The notes: generated by a model not told the origin, from the sequence alone. A stretch of 64,000 nt of DNA from Gemmatimonadota bacterium (GCA_036679645.1 JAZDCY010000056.1:1-64000); one strand, 5' to 3'; shown: positions 1 to 10,656, counted from the stretch's first letter. Translations and numbers: made by a program.

Positions 1-96
1 GTCTGCCGCAATACGGCGCATCTCGGCGTCCGTATCTCTTTGTGGCGACCGAGCGCAGGCGGTGAGCGCGGTGAGGAGGACGAGGAGGAATCGCAT
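1..96 (-). CDS. Lipoprotein, N-terminal part (runs off the window)
   Basis: Manual translation from ATG at 96 gives MRFLLVLLTALTACARSPQ..., a signal peptide with an LTAC lipobox. Confidence 0.6.
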   Translation of the reverse strand, partial: MRFLLVLLTALTACARSPQRDTDAEMRRIAAD

Positions 97-107
97 GGGG
101 GGATTAT

Positions 108-195
108 AGACGCACAGACGCGCAGACGCTCAGGTGCTCAGACGCTCAGAGTGCTCAGACGCTCAGGGCGGGCGCGAGACCGCTCTGAGCGTCTG
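108..195. repeat. Octamer tandem repeat (AGACGCTC-like, about 7 copies) with a short inverted copy
   Basis: agacgcac agacgcgc agacgctc aggtgctc agacgctc agagtgctc agacgctc at 108-164; inverted ctgagcgtctg at 185-195. Confidence 0.85.
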
Positions 196-214
196 GTGGG
201 AGCGGGAGCCGAGG

Positions 215-996
215 CTAGCGACGCAGGATGCGCAGACTCCCGTTTACGGTGTTCATGTCCAGGCCGCGGCCCCCGTCACCGATCGTGCCGGAAAAGCGTC
301 TGGGACCAAAGCGGCCGCGTATCGTGAGCGGGAAATCCGTCTCGAGTCCACCGTTGACAGTGCGGCCTTCGACGTCCGCCTCGAAGCCGTCCGGGACGGC
401 AACGGAGATGCTGCCGTTTACAGTGGAGAAATGCAGCGTCCCGGACCAGTCCGCCCGACCCATCGCGACATCGATCGACCCATTGACGGTGCTGGCCTCC
501 GCGTAGCCACTCGTCTCAACGTCCACATCACCGTTCCCACATCACCGTTCACGGTCCCGAGAAACGCATTGCTCTCGAGGCCACGGGCGTCTACATCTCC
601 GTTAACCGTGTAGCCCCGCACCGCCACGCCGGCCGGTACCCGCACTGTCCAATGCACTGCGACATCATTCCGCCGGGTGCTGTTTTCCTCTGGGCCGCCT
701 TGCTCGCATTCGCTGTATCCACCGCGTCGCTGCGGATACAGAGCACAGATCGTCACTCCGTCGCCGTGGGTCACGACCTCGATGTGTACATCCTCTGGGT
801 CGCTCCGATCGGCCCGCTTGGTGGCCGTCACCGCCACTTCACGCCCGGAAGCCCGCAGGACCGTGACGTCACCGTTCACGCCACGAATTTCGATTGCGTC
901 GCCCGGCGCGATCTGGCCGCGCCACATGAAGTCGCGTTCCTGCGCCGCGAGCGACGACGTCAGCGTCACCAGGGCCAGTAGTGTCATTCCGCGCAT
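215..996 (-). pseudogene. DUF4097 beta-strand repeat secreted protein, frameshifted by a 14-bp tandem duplication
   Basis: ORFs 418-1035 and 215-526 both carry TVNG(D/S) repeats; ccacatcaccgttc is duplicated at 523-536 and 537-550, and removing one copy restores GTVNGDVDVETSG. Confidence 0.8.
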
Positions 997-1034
997 GGCA
1001 TTCCCTCGCTGAATCAGTTTCGTCCGAATACGCA

Positions 1035-1883
1035 CTATCGCCTGACCAACCGGATGGAGCCGTCAAACGATTCGAGTTCCACCTGTGCACTGCCGCTGCC
1101 CAGCACGAAAGTGAACCGTCTCCCCGGTCGTGCGTTGCGCAGCTGCACGTTAAAGGCCGGGTCCGGCTCGAACTCGCCGTCGAACGTCGCCACCGAAATG
1201 GTCGCGTTGATCTCCAGCGACACCGCCAAGATGACGTCTCCGTCGTGGGAGGTCAGCCGGTACGTGCCGCCGTCTCGGATCGCACCGCGGTAGAGCAGGT
1301 CGCCGTCCACGGTACTCACGTCCACGTCGGTCGCCTCGATCCCATCCAATGTGATATCTCCATCGATGGTTTCGACGGTTACGTCTCCCGCGATACGCGA
1401 CAGCTCTATTTCTCCGTCTATGGCGTGAATGCGCACGGTCCCGTTGGCCCCGTCGACGCTGATATCTCCCTCGACGGACCCCAGGGAAACCGACCCCGCA
1501 CGGCGCACCCGAATGTCTCCTTCGATACTCTCCGCGCGGAGGTCGCCCTCGACACCGGTGACCTCGATCTCGGCGTAGATCCCGTCGAGCTTCAGTGCCA
1601 TCCCAACCGGGACGGTCAGCTCGTAGTCGACGATCGCCGGCATGCCGAACCGGCGCCGCGCGCGGATCGTGACCACGGACCCGCGGGTCTCGATCTCGAT
1701 CCGATCTCGACTGCCGTGCTCCGCCCGAATGCGCACGACGTTGCGGTCCCATGCCGTCACCACGATCTCACCGGCACGATTGGTGAGGTCGAGGCGCGCA
1801 CCGGCGGGCACCGTGACGGTTGTGTCGGTCTGTTGCGCCATGGAGGCCAACGCCATGAGCGCCAGGGGAATTTGTATGGCCAT
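1035..1883 (-). CDS. DUF4097 family beta-strand repeat protein (secreted)
   Basis: Signal peptide; repeated (S/T)xDG(D/E)I motifs; C-terminal VELESFDGSIRL. Confidence 0.8.
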   Translation of the reverse strand: MAIQIPLALMALASMAQQTDTTVTVPAGARLDLTNRAGEIVVTAWDRNVVRIRAEHGSRDRIEIETRGSVVTIRARRRFGMPAIVDYELTVPVGMALKLDGIYAEIEVTGVEGDLRAESIEGDIRVRRAGSVSLGSVEGDISVDGANGTVRIHAIDGEIELSRIAGDVTVETIDGDITLDGIEATDVDVSTVDGDLLYRGAIRDGGTYRLTSHDGDVILAVSLEINATISVATFDGEFEPDPAFNVQLRNARPGRRFTFVLGSGSAQVELESFDGSIRLVRR

Positions 1884-1900
1884 CTCTCGTCCTCCGTGTG

Positions 1901-2578
1901 CTACAGCGACGCGGACGCGATGTCCGCGGCCCGCCGCAGCAGGGCAAGCTTCGTTTGCATGGTTTCCGCAAGATGCGTGTTCAGGTACGCATCACTCGGC
2001 TCGGCCGCCAGCGCCTCGCGCGCCCGTCGGATAGCCCGGTTGATGATGAGCAAGTTCTCCTCGAGCACACGAACGGTGGTCGAGTCGAGCCGCTCCCGGT
2101 TCTCACCCAGCACCCGCTCCAGATCGGCAACCGCCGCGTCATACGAGATCACGCTGACAAGTCGCCCATCGAACTCGAACGGCGTGGTAACCCGCTCGGT
2201 CACGGACGCGACGCCCCCCGACCCGGGGCCGGCGGTGAACCACACGGAACCGGCGCCGATCGCCAAGAGCGCCAGGGCGGCGGCGGCCAACTGCGGCATC
2301 GTGAACGCCCACTGGCGTCGATGCCGACCCGACCGGCCGACCGGCTGAAAGCCACCCGTGTTCACACCGATTCGCTCGGCGAGCCCCGGCCAGAGATCGA
2401 CCCGCGGTGGGCGATCAGCGACGGCTCCCGCGCGCATGCGTACGCGGCGCAGCGACGCCACGCTCTCGCGGCACGTGTCGCACTCGCCAAGATGCCGCTC
2501 GAGCGCGTCGTGCTCGTCGGGTCGCAGTTCGCCGTCGATATACTCGGACAGCCGTGCCGTCCAGGTATCGCCAGTCAT
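1901..2578 (-). CDS. Zinc-finger (zf-HC2) anti-sigma factor
   Basis: LSEYIDGEL...HLGECDTC (HxxxCxxC), one TM helix; ATGA overlap with the sigma gene. Confidence 0.85.
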   Translation of the reverse strand: MTGDTWTARLSEYIDGELRPDEHDALERHLGECDTCRESVASLRRVRMRAGAVADRPPRVDLWPGLAERIGVNTGGFQPVGRSGRHRRQWAFTMPQLAAAALALLAIGAGSVWFTAGPGSGGVASVTERVTTPFEFDGRLVSVISYDAAVADLERVLGENRERLDSTTVRVLEENLLIINRAIRRAREALAAEPSDAYLNTHLAETMQTKLALLRRAADIASASL

Positions 2579-3162
2579 GACCGTTCTCGCTTCCTTTCAC
2601 GCGGTTCCAGGTGCTTCCGTAACAGCAAGCGCGCCCGGTGGAGCTGCGCTTTCGACGTGCCAGTCGCGATGCCGAGCAACTCGCCGATCTCGTGGTGCTT
2701 GTACCCCTCTACATCGTGCAGCACGAATACCTCCCTGGCCCCATCCGGCAGCCGCCCCATTGCCGCCTCGAAATCGATCGCCAGCTCTGGCCGTGCGGGG
2801 CGTGACGGCTGCGACTCCAGCATCACACTGTCTGCTACCCGCAGCCGTTCCTTCCCCAGTCTCGTTCGCCGCGACAGAATCAGATTCACGGCCAATCGGT
2901 GCAGCCAGGTCCCAAACGCGGCGTCGCCGCGGAACGTGTCGAGCTTCTCCCAAACGCGTACAAAAACGTCCTGCGTCAGCTCGTCCGCGTGCTCTGGCCC
3001 CGTCATGCGACGCGCCAGGCTGTGGATGCGCGCAACATGCGAGCGATACAGCCGCTCGAACGCATACCCGTCCCCGCTGGCCGCGAGCGCTACGTCTACG
3101 GATTCGTCCGGGGCCATAGCGCCTTCGTTGGGGGACACCACCTCGACGGTCGCTTCATTCAT
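2575..3162 (-). CDS. ECF RNA polymerase sigma factor
   Basis: Region 2 (DELTQDVF..W..L..F..AFGTWLHRLAVN) and region 4 (VFVLHDVEGYKHHEIG...GTSKAQLHRAR). Confidence 0.93.
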   Translation of the reverse strand: MNEATVEVVSPNEGAMAPDESVDVALAASGDGYAFERLYRSHVARIHSLARRMTGPEHADELTQDVFVRVWEKLDTFRGDAAFGTWLHRLAVNLILSRRTRLGKERLRVADSVMLESQPSRPARPELAIDFEAAMGRLPDGAREVFVLHDVEGYKHHEIGELLGIATGTSKAQLHRARLLLRKHLEPRERKRERS

Positions 3163-3174
3163 GCCACTGAGTTG

Positions 3175-3200
3175 GACGAGGCAAACCGATCAATGGTTGA
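3175..3200 (-). promoter_or_regulatory. Putative autoregulatory ECF promoter
   Basis: Minus strand TCAACC-N16-CGTC immediately upstream of the sigma ATG. Confidence 0.6.
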
Positions 3201-3206
3201 AACACG

Positions 3207-3974
3207 CTAGGTGCTAAAAACCCAGCCGATATACCACGCATAGATCTGCTCGCCTGCCAGGAAAGCGACGGCCGCGCCAACCGCCAGGAAGATCCCAAAC
3301 GGAACCAGCTTCTTGGTCTTGAGGGAGATCGGGACGAAGATGACGGTCCCGACGAGTGCACCCCCGAAGATCGTGAGGAGTGCGCCTTTCCATCCGACGA
3401 ACGCGCCCACCATAGCGAGCATCTTGATGTCGCCGCCGCCCATCGCCTCCTTCTTCAGCAACTTCTCTCCCAGCCACGCCACGGCGTAGAGCAGAGCGAA
3501 CCCAACAACAGCACCGAGCACCGACTGCAACAGCGTAACCCCTCCGTCGAACAGGCTGAGTCCGAGTCCTAGAGCGAGCCCACCCCAGGTGAACTCATCG
3601 GGGATGATATAGTGTTGTGCGTCCGTGACCGCGATCCCCAGGAGCAGCGAGAGAAAGACGGCACCCCGCACAGCTTCGGGACTGATGCCGTGGTACCATG
3701 CCATCGTGCCCCAGATGGCGGCGACCAGCGCCTCGACCACCGGGTATTGGGCGGAGATGGGCGCCTTGCAGCGCCTACACCGGCCCCGCAGGAGAAGCCA
3801 GCCAAAGATTGGCACGTTGTCGTACCAGGCGATCTGCTGACCGCACGCAGGGCACGCTGAGGGCGGCGAGACCACCGAGAGATCGCGGGGCAATCGGTAG
3901 ACGCACACGTTGAGAAAACTGCCGAGCGCCGCCCCAAGAGCTGCCGCGGCCGGCACGACGAGGTACTCAGGCAC
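3207..3974 (-). CDS. pilD: Type IV prepilin peptidase/N-methyltransferase
   Basis: GSFLNVCVYRLP, two CxxC pairs, MGGGDIKM, VPFGIFL. Confidence 0.93.
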   Translation of the reverse strand: MPEYLVVPAAAALGAALGSFLNVCVYRLPRDLSVVSPPSACPACGQQIAWYDNVPIFGWLLLRGRCRRCKAPISAQYPVVEALVAAIWGTMAWYHGISPEAVRGAVFLSLLLGIAVTDAQHYIIPDEFTWGGLALGLGLSLFDGGVTLLQSVLGAVVGFALLYAVAWLGEKLLKKEAMGGGDIKMLAMVGAFVGWKGALLTIFGGALVGTVIFVPISLKTKKLVPFGIFLAVGAAVAFLAGEQIYAWYIGWVFST

Positions 3975-4731
3975 GGGTCACCTCATGCAGAATGATGCCG
4001 GCGGCCACAGCGACGTTCAGGGACTCGGCGCCGCGTACCAGCGGCACGACCACGCGATGTTCGGCAAGGGAGGCGAGAGCGGCACTCACGCCGGCGCCCT
4101 CGTTCCCGATGATGAGGCCGAGCCGCTCGGGCACGTCGAGACGCGCGAGGGGCGTGCCCTCCGTCACGGCAGCCCACAGGGCGATACGGTGTTGCGCTAC
4201 CCACGCCGCGAGGTCGCTCTCCTGCGCACGGGCAATCGCCAGCCGAAACGAGGCCCCCATGGCGCTCCGCACCACCTTGGGATTGGTCACGTCCGCCGAT
4301 CCCTTGAGCAGCACGACGCCGGCCGCACCGAGCGCGAATCCCGTCCGCAGCAGTGTCCCGACGTTGCCCGGATCCTGGACCCCGTCGAGGATCAGCACGG
4401 GAGCCCGCGGACGGGGCGCGATCGCCACAAGCTCGGTAAGCCGGTGGGTTACCAACGCGAGGACACCTTGTGGGTGCTCTGTGTCGGCGAGGTCGGCGAA
4501 CTCGTCCTCGGGCACTTCCTCGAACGGCACCGCATGCGCGGTGAGATCCGCCAACAACGCGGCTCCCCGGGGCGTGCGCTCCAGCGTCCGCGATACGATG
4601 CTACCGTGCATCTCGACGCCCGCCGCCAGGGCCTCCTCGACGACACGTATCCCCTCTGCCACGGTCATGCCGTGGCGCCGCCGATTTTTCCGGCGTTGTA
4701 GATTCCGCACCATGGACACGAGTGATTTCAT
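3967..4731 (-). CDS. TrmH/SpoU family RNA 2'-O-methyltransferase
   Basis: DGVQDPGNVGTLLRT, IGNEGAG and ESLNVAVAAGI SPOUT motifs. Confidence 0.92.
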   Translation of the reverse strand: MKSLVSMVRNLQRRKNRRRHGMTVAEGIRVVEEALAAGVEMHGSIVSRTLERTPRGAALLADLTAHAVPFEEVPEDEFADLADTEHPQGVLALVTHRLTELVAIAPRPRAPVLILDGVQDPGNVGTLLRTGFALGAAGVVLLKGSADVTNPKVVRSAMGASFRLAIARAQESDLAAWVAQHRIALWAAVTEGTPLARLDVPERLGLIIGNEGAGVSAALASLAEHRVVVPLVRGAESLNVAVAAGIILHEVTRA

Positions 4732-4782
4732 TATGACGCTCCGCGGCCTCAATGATACTGTCGCGCGCGTGTCGGGAAAGCG

Positions 4783-5583
4783 TTGGACGTGCAGATAGCG
4801 CTAACCATTGCCGGTTCCGACTCCGGTGGGGGCGCCGGGATCCAGGCCGATCTCAAGACGTTCCAGCAGTTTGGCGTCTTCGGCACCAGCGTGGTCGTCG
4901 CGGTCACGGCGCAGAACACGCTTCGTGTCACCGGTGTGCACGCGATCCCGGCCGACACGGTGAGGGCACAGGTGGAAGCTCTGGCCGGCGATCTCCCACC
5001 GGCGGCGGTGAAGAGCGGAATGCTGGCGTCCCGCAAGCTGGTCGAATTGGTTGCCGAGCTGCTCACCCGGCACCGTTTCCCCAACTACGTGTGCGATCCC
5101 GTGATGGTAGCCACATCAGGGGACCGGCTGCTGGATCGCGACGCAGAACGTTCGATACGAGAGGCGCTGCTCCCGCTCGCCGCGGTCGTCACCCCGAACC
5201 TCGACGAGGCTGCCGTCCTCGTGGCGCAGCCGGTCGAGACGGTGGATCACATGGAGGATGCCGGCCGGGCGCTGTGCGGAATGGGAGCCGGTGCGGCCCT
5301 CGTGAAGGGCGGCCACCTCGCCGACGGGGACATCGTGGACATCCTGGTCACCACGGAGACCGTGTACAGATACACCCACCCCCGTCTGGACACGACGAGC
5401 ACCCACGGGACCGGATGCACGCTGTCTGCCGCGATCGCCGCTGGGCTCGCGCTGCGGTACGACATCCCGACGGCGGTCGAGCGCGCGCTGGGTTTCGTAC
5501 ATCGCGCCATGGCAAACGCGCCCGGACTCGGCTCGGGTCACGGCCCGCTGAACCATCTCGTCGCCGCAACGGAGGCCGGGTGA
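4783..5583 (+). CDS. thiD: Hydroxymethylpyrimidine/phosphomethylpyrimidine kinase
   Basis: [47 protein letters not shown]. Confidence 0.95.
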   Translation: MDVQIALTIAGSDSGGGAGIQADLKTFQQFGVFGTSVVVAVTAQNTLRVTGVHAIPADTVRAQVEALAGDLPPAAVKSGMLASRKLVELVAELLTRHRFPNYVCDPVMVATSGDRLLDRDAERSIREALLPLAAVVTPNLDEAAVLVAQPVETVDHMEDAGRALCGMGAGAALVKGGHLADGDIVDILVTTETVYRYTHPRLDTTSTHGTGCTLSAAIAAGLALRYDIPTAVERALGFVHRAMANAPGLGSGHGPLNHLVAATEAG

Positions 5584-7046
5584 CCGACAAGGCATCCACT
5601 TTCGACAGACCGCCACGGACCCGCGGCATCTTCTGCAACCGGACCCTCAATCTCCGGGCCGTCCGCGCGATCGGGTACGACATGGACTACACGCTCATCC
5701 ACTACCGCGTGAGCGCATGGGAAGAGCGCGCCTACTCGTACCTCAAACAGAAGCTCTCCGACCTTGGCTGGCCCGTGGACGACCTCGTCTTCGATCCCGA
5801 GTTCATCGTGCGCGGACTGATCATCGACATGGAGACCGGCAACATCGTCAAGGCCAACCGGTTTGGGTACGTGAAGCGGGCCTATCACGGCACGACGCAA
5901 CTCGACTTCGAGACGCAGCGGCGGGCATACGGCGCAACGGTCGTCGATCTGGACGAGCGGCAGCGCTACCGCTTTCTCAACACGCTGTTCGCGCTATCTG
6001 AGGCGTGCATGTACGCACAACTCGTCGACCTGCTCGACGCGCGCGCGCTCCCCGAGGTGCTGGGGTACGGCGATCTCTACTCCCGCGTGCGTCATCACAT
6101 CGACGAGGCGCATATCGAGGGGCTGCTCAAGGGCGAGATCCTTGCCGATCCGGATCGATTCGTCGAGCTCGATCCCGATACGCCGCTGGCCTTACTCGAT
6201 CAGCTAAAGGCGGGCAAGAAGCTCCTGCTGATCACGAACTCGGAGTGGCCGTACACGCGGGTCCTAATGACGCACGCGTTCGACCGCTTCCTGCCGGGAG
6301 ACATGACCTGGCAGGATCTGTTCGACATCGTGGTCGTGCAAGCCAGAAAGCCGGATTTTTTCCTCTCCACGAGTCCCTTGTTCGAGGTCATCAACGAAGC
6401 CGGACAGCTCGAGCCTGCCCGGAAGCTACGATCGGGTGGGGTATTCCTTGGCGGCAATGCAGCGCTAGTCGAGGATCATCTCGGAATCGCGCCGGATCAG
6501 ATCCTCTTTGTCGGCGATCACCTCTTTGCCGACGTGCACGTAACGAAGAACGTCGTGCGCTGGCGCACCGCACTCGTTCTCCGCGAACTCGAGGCGGACC
6601 TCGTGGCCGACGAGGCCTTTGACGAGCGGCGGTTTCGGTTGCAGGAACTGATGACACGCAAGGAGAACCTGGAGTTCGATGCCGCCCAGCTCCGGCTGCG
6701 TCTCCAGCGTCATCGGGACGTGTACGGCGTGCTAGAGGACTCCGTGAAGACTATTGAGACCCAACTGGGCGGCATCCGCGAGCAGGTCTCGGCACTCGAC
6801 GAAGAGATCGCGCCGCTCGCCCATGCGGCGGGCCAGATATCGAATCTCCGGTGGGGATTGCTCATGCGGGCGGGGAACGATAAGAGCCACCTCGCGCGGC
6901 AGGTTGAACGTTACGCTGATATCTACATGTCGCGCGTTTCCAACTTCCTATACCACACACCTTTCATCTACTTGAGGTCGCCGCGAGGGACCCTCCCGCA
7001 CGACGCGGAAGCGACAGCGGCTGACGACACCAACGCGCCGGCGTAG
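5580..7046 (+). CDS. HAD-superfamily (subfamily IG, cN-II type) 5'-nucleotidase
   Basis: IFCNRTLNL, GYDMDYTL, LITNSEW, VGDHLFAD; GTG start overlaps the thiD stop. Confidence 0.9.
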   Translation: MTDKASTFDRPPRTRGIFCNRTLNLRAVRAIGYDMDYTLIHYRVSAWEERAYSYLKQKLSDLGWPVDDLVFDPEFIVRGLIIDMETGNIVKANRFGYVKRAYHGTTQLDFETQRRAYGATVVDLDERQRYRFLNTLFALSEACMYAQLVDLLDARALPEVLGYGDLYSRVRHHIDEAHIEGLLKGEILADPDRFVELDPDTPLALLDQLKAGKKLLLITNSEWPYTRVLMTHAFDRFLPGDMTWQDLFDIVVVQARKPDFFLSTSPLFEVINEAGQLEPARKLRSGGVFLGGNAALVEDHLGIAPDQILFVGDHLFADVHVTKNVVRWRTALVLRELEADLVADEAFDERRFRLQELMTRKENLEFDAAQLRLRLQRHRDVYGVLEDSVKTIETQLGGIREQVSALDEEIAPLAHAAGQISNLRWGLLMRAGNDKSHLARQVERYADIYMSRVSNFLYHTPFIYLRSPRGTLPHDAEATAADDTNAPA

Positions 7047-7065
7047 GGCACCGCGCCATACATTT

Positions 7066-7552
7066 ATGGACCTGCTCCTGATCCGGCACGCCATCGCCGA
7101 AGACCGTGGGGCCTTCGCGGCCACCGGCCGTCCCGACCGCGAACGCCCGCTGTCCGCGCGGGGAGTCACTCCAAGTCGCCGTCCCGGAGTTGGACGCCGT
7201 GAGTACGAGCCCATATTTGCGTGCGCGGCAGACCGCGGACATCGTGGGATGGCGGTACGGAGCGGCAGTCGCCGAAACGGCGACGCTCGAGCCCGGCGCG
7301 CAGCCGGAGGAACTTGCCGCATGGTTGTGCGCGCTGGCGCCGACCCGCTGTGTGGCCGCCGTGGGACACGAGCCCGATCTTTCGGAGTTAGCGGCATGGT
7401 TGGCTACCGGATCTGCTGACCCAGTGTTCTCGTTCAAGAAGGGGGGGGCGTGTCTGCTGAGCTTCGCCGGCCCAATCGCCGCAGCAACCGGAGAACTCCA
7501 GTGGGTTATCAGCCCCAGGCTCCTGCGCCGGCTCGGGACACGGCCGGCATGA
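7066..7552 (+). pseudogene. sixA: SixA-like phosphohistidine phosphatase, frameshifted with an apparent deletion near 7165
   Basis: LLIRHAIAE..RPLSARG in one frame; TSPYLRARQTA, VGHEPDL, FKKGG in another. Confidence 0.75.
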
Positions 7553-8979
7553 AGATCTCCGATCTCTTCGATCTCCCTGTCGAGAAAGCCGTGACGCACA
7601 TCGCGTTTGGCCACCTCGATACCGCCGCGACGGAACTCGCTAACATTGGGAGACCCGGACAAAATGAGGCCTTTCACGATTCCCGCGTCGCTATCCGCCG
7701 CACGCGGAGCGTGCTCCGCGCCTATCGCACGTGGCTCGGGAAAGCGGGCGGGCGGAAGATTCGGCGCCGCCTCGCCGACCTTGCACGCGCCACCAACGCA
7801 GGGCGCGATGCGGAGGTGCAAATCGAATGGCTCGAGACCCGCAGATCGGAGCTGCGCCGTAGTGAACGGGCCGGGCTCAACTGGCTGTTGTGTCGGTTAC
7901 GTGAGGAGAAGCGCGACAGCTACGCGAACGCACGCCAGCAAGTCCGCAACGACTTTGCCAAGGTAAGCGGCGCCGTGCGTATGCTCTTGGGGAAACACGT
8001 TGCCCGTGAGCCCACGTTGTTTCGCTGGGCATTCGGCACTCTGCTCCAGGAACACGCTCAGGATCTTTTTGCGCACCTCACGTCGATCCGCTCCGCCAGC
8101 GACAGGCCCCGCACGCACGAAGCCCGCCTAGCCGGGAAACGCCTGCGCTACCTGCTCGAGCCCATCGCGCCCGCGCTGCAGAAGGGCAAGGGTTCGGTCA
8201 AGCGGCTGAGGGAGTTACAGGATCTGCTCGGCGAGCTGAACGACGCGCACATTCTCGCCGCCACCGTCGCTGCCACGGTGAAGCGGGTCTCGTCGAAGAA
8301 GACACAGCGGATGCACGAACTGGCGCTTGAAGGGAGAGAAGTGGAGCTGGCGCGGGAGCGCCGGCGGGATGAACGCCTTGGCCTCGTGCGCATTGCGCAA
8401 CTCGTGCGCCAGCGGCGCGATGAGCTGTACGAGAGGCTCCAAAGCGACTGGCTTGGCGGACAGGCCAAGGCGCTCGCCGAGGACCTCCGCCAAGAGGGAG
8501 TTGTACTGGCAGCTCGCGGCCACCTGCTTGAGATCGAGCGAAAGTATCTCCTGTCGGCCGTCCCCCCACGCGCCGCCGAAGAGCAGCCGCTCGAGATCAC
8601 CCAAGGCTGGCTGCCGGGCCAACAGCTCCGCGAGCGGCTCCGCCGGTCGCGAGAGAACGGGGCGGACCTGTTCTACCGCACCGTGAAACTCGGATCAGGA
8701 CTCGAGCGAATCGAAGTCGAAGATGAGACCACCTCGGAGATCTTCAGCACGATGTGGCCGCTAACCGCCGGGAGCCGCGTGCTCAAGCGCCGGTACAGGG
8801 TCAGGGAGGGAGAACTGCTTTGGGAGATTGACGAGTTCACCGACCGGGAACTCGTGATCGCCGAGGTGGAGCTCCCGTCCACCAGCACCCAGGTCATCAT
8901 GCCGGAATGGCTAGCCCCTCATGTGGTTAAGGAAGTCACCGGAGACCGGGCCTACGAGAATGTGAACCTGGCGCGCTGA
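7549..8979 (+). CDS. CHAD domain plus C-terminal CYTH domain fusion
   Basis: CHAD motifs HDSRVAIRR, HEARLAGKRLRY, LQDLLGELND; CYTH motifs EIERKY, KRRY, WEIDEF, AEVEL. Confidence 0.88.
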   Translation: MKISDLFDLPVEKAVTHIAFGHLDTAATELANIGRPGQNEAFHDSRVAIRRTRSVLRAYRTWLGKAGGRKIRRRLADLARATNAGRDAEVQIEWLETRRSELRRSERAGLNWLLCRLREEKRDSYANARQQVRNDFAKVSGAVRMLLGKHVAREPTLFRWAFGTLLQEHAQDLFAHLTSIRSASDRPRTHEARLAGKRLRYLLEPIAPALQKGKGSVKRLRELQDLLGELNDAHILAATVAATVKRVSSKKTQRMHELALEGREVELARERRRDERLGLVRIAQLVRQRRDELYERLQSDWLGGQAKALAEDLRQEGVVLAARGHLLEIERKYLLSAVPPRAAEEQPLEITQGWLPGQQLRERLRRSRENGADLFYRTVKLGSGLERIEVEDETTSEIFSTMWPLTAGSRVLKRRYRVREGELLWEIDEFTDRELVIAEVELPSTSTQVIMPEWLAPHVVKEVTGDRAYENVNLAR

Positions 8980-8990
8980 CCGGCTAGCCG

Positions 8991-10616
8991 TCAGCCGGCG
9001 GCGCTTCGCCCCCGACCCCGACCCCGCCCCCCTACGACCCGCAACCCCGCGCGGTCTTTCCCGACGCCCGGCTTCCATGCCACCTCCAACTCGACGTCAA
9101 AGGCCTTTTCGAACAGCTTTGTCTTCCGTCGCGCGTCCCACATCTCGACCTGCGGTTCGCGGTCGGCAATCAACGTGAGGCACACGTTGCGGCGGCGCAC
9201 GTAGCACTGGACCTCGCGGACTACCTGCGTATGACTCCGGTCGAGGGCAACAGCCACCCGCAGAACGCCCGCGAGACGCCGCACCCACGCCCGATCTTCC
9301 GGCGTCAGCCTGGCAAAGTTGTCGTGAGACTGCTTGGGGCTAGCGCGACGATGATAGCGCACGACGTTCGCGATGAGCTCAATCTCGTGGGATGAATAGC
9401 CAGCGAGATCGCTGTGCATGATCAGGTGGTAGGCGTGTTTGTGGTGTTGTGCGTGGTTAACCAGAAACCCGACGTCGTGCGCGAGGGCCGCCGCCTCCAG
9501 CAGGTCGCGCGCCTCGTCGGGCATCCCGAACGGCACGGCGAGCCCGTCGAAGATCTGAAGGGCAAGCCCAGCGATATGCTCGTTGTGCCGCGCGTTGGAC
9601 CGGCACTTCCGGGCGAACTGCCGCACCGCCTCGAGGCGACCGCGACCGGGCTCGTGTCCGGAAGCCGCGCCGCTCTTCCCGAGCATGGCGAGCAGCAGGC
9701 CGTCCCGCACACCACCGTCGTTGACGAGAATCTGCCTGCACCCGAGGTACTTGGCGAGCCGCACGACGACCGCCGCGCCGGCAACGATAATGTCCGCCCG
9801 CTGCGGGGGCAGACCGGCCAGCTGGCACCGGTCCTCGAGCGGCACTTCCATCAGACGTGCCAGCACGCGCTGTGCTTCCGCACGCGTGATCGTGTACCCG
9901 TGTGGGTTCCCCTCGCTGCCCTCCCGCCCGTAACGAACCATCCCCCCCAGGGCTGTGAACGTCCCCCCGCTACCCACGATCAACTCGACCGTGAACGGGG
10001 GTTTTCCGATCCCGCGCTGCAGTGCGCGATCGATCGCCTTGCGTAACGATCGCCAGTCCCGTTTCCGCAACGGGTCCGACCTCACCAGGCGTTCGGTGAG
10101 CCGAACGGCGCCAAGCGGCAGGGACGTGACGAGATCGATCAGATCACCGGCCGAGAGCACCACCTCGAGACTCCCACCACCGATATCGGCGACCGCGACA
10201 GCACGTCCCTCGAGATCGAAGCGCCTTCGTGCGCTTTCGAACGCAAGCTGCGCCTCTTCGCGCGGGCTGATGATCTCGATCGTCACCCCGTGCCGTCGCC
10301 GCGCCTCGCGGCGGAACGCTTCACCGTTTTCCGCCTCGCGGACCGCGCTGGTCGCCACCGCCCGAAGGCGTCGCACCTCGAGACCGTCGGCAATCGCCTT
10401 CATCTTGCCGATGGCGTCGAGCGACCGCTCCATGGTCTCCTCGGCAAGTCGCCCCGTAGAGGTCAGACCCTGGCCCAGGCGGGTCATTGCCCGTTCCTCG
10501 TCGAGCACGCGGTAGGTTCCGCCCGCGTCCGGTTCCGCTACTACCAACCGTATCGAGTTAGTCCCGATATCGATCGCCGCGAGACGCGGCAACTCGCCGG
10601 CTTGCGAGATGGGCAT
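8991..10616 (-). CDS. ppx: Exopolyphosphatase Ppx/GppA with HD domain
   Basis: AAIDIGTNSIRL, ATSAVREA, DIGGGSLE, GVRDG, AALAHDVG. Confidence 0.92.
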   Translation of the reverse strand: MPISQAGELPRLAAIDIGTNSIRLVVAEPDAGGTYRVLDEERAMTRLGQGLTSTGRLAEETMERSLDAIGKMKAIADGLEVRRLRAVATSAVREAENGEAFRREARRRHGVTIEIISPREEAQLAFESARRRFDLEGRAVAVADIGGGSLEVVLSAGDLIDLVTSLPLGAVRLTERLVRSDPLRKRDWRSLRKAIDRALQRGIGKPPFTVELIVGSGGTFTALGGMVRYGREGSEGNPHGYTITRAEAQRVLARLMEVPLEDRCQLAGLPPQRADIIVAGAAVVVRLAKYLGCRQILVNDGGVRDGLLLAMLGKSGAASGHEPGRGRLEAVRQFARKCRSNARHNEHIAGLALQIFDGLAVPFGMPDEARDLLEAAALAHDVGFLVNHAQHHKHAYHLIMHSDLAGYSSHEIELIANVVRYHRRASPKQSHDNFARLTPEDRAWVRRLAGVLRVAVALDRSHTQVVREVQCYVRRRNVCLTLIADREPQVEMWDARRKTKLFEKAFDVELEVAWKPGVGKDRAGLRVVGGRGRGRGRSAAG

Positions 10617-10656
10617 CAATCAGTCCGTAACGGCGCCGACACGCGGTGCGTCACCG

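Noticed and set aside
4732..4782. TPP riboswitch before thiD
   Set aside because: The spacer is too short and has no TPP consensus
4752..5579. N-terminal extension of the 764-aa ORF
   Set aside because: Overlaps thiD in another frame; the nucleotidase motifs start only after the GTG at 5580
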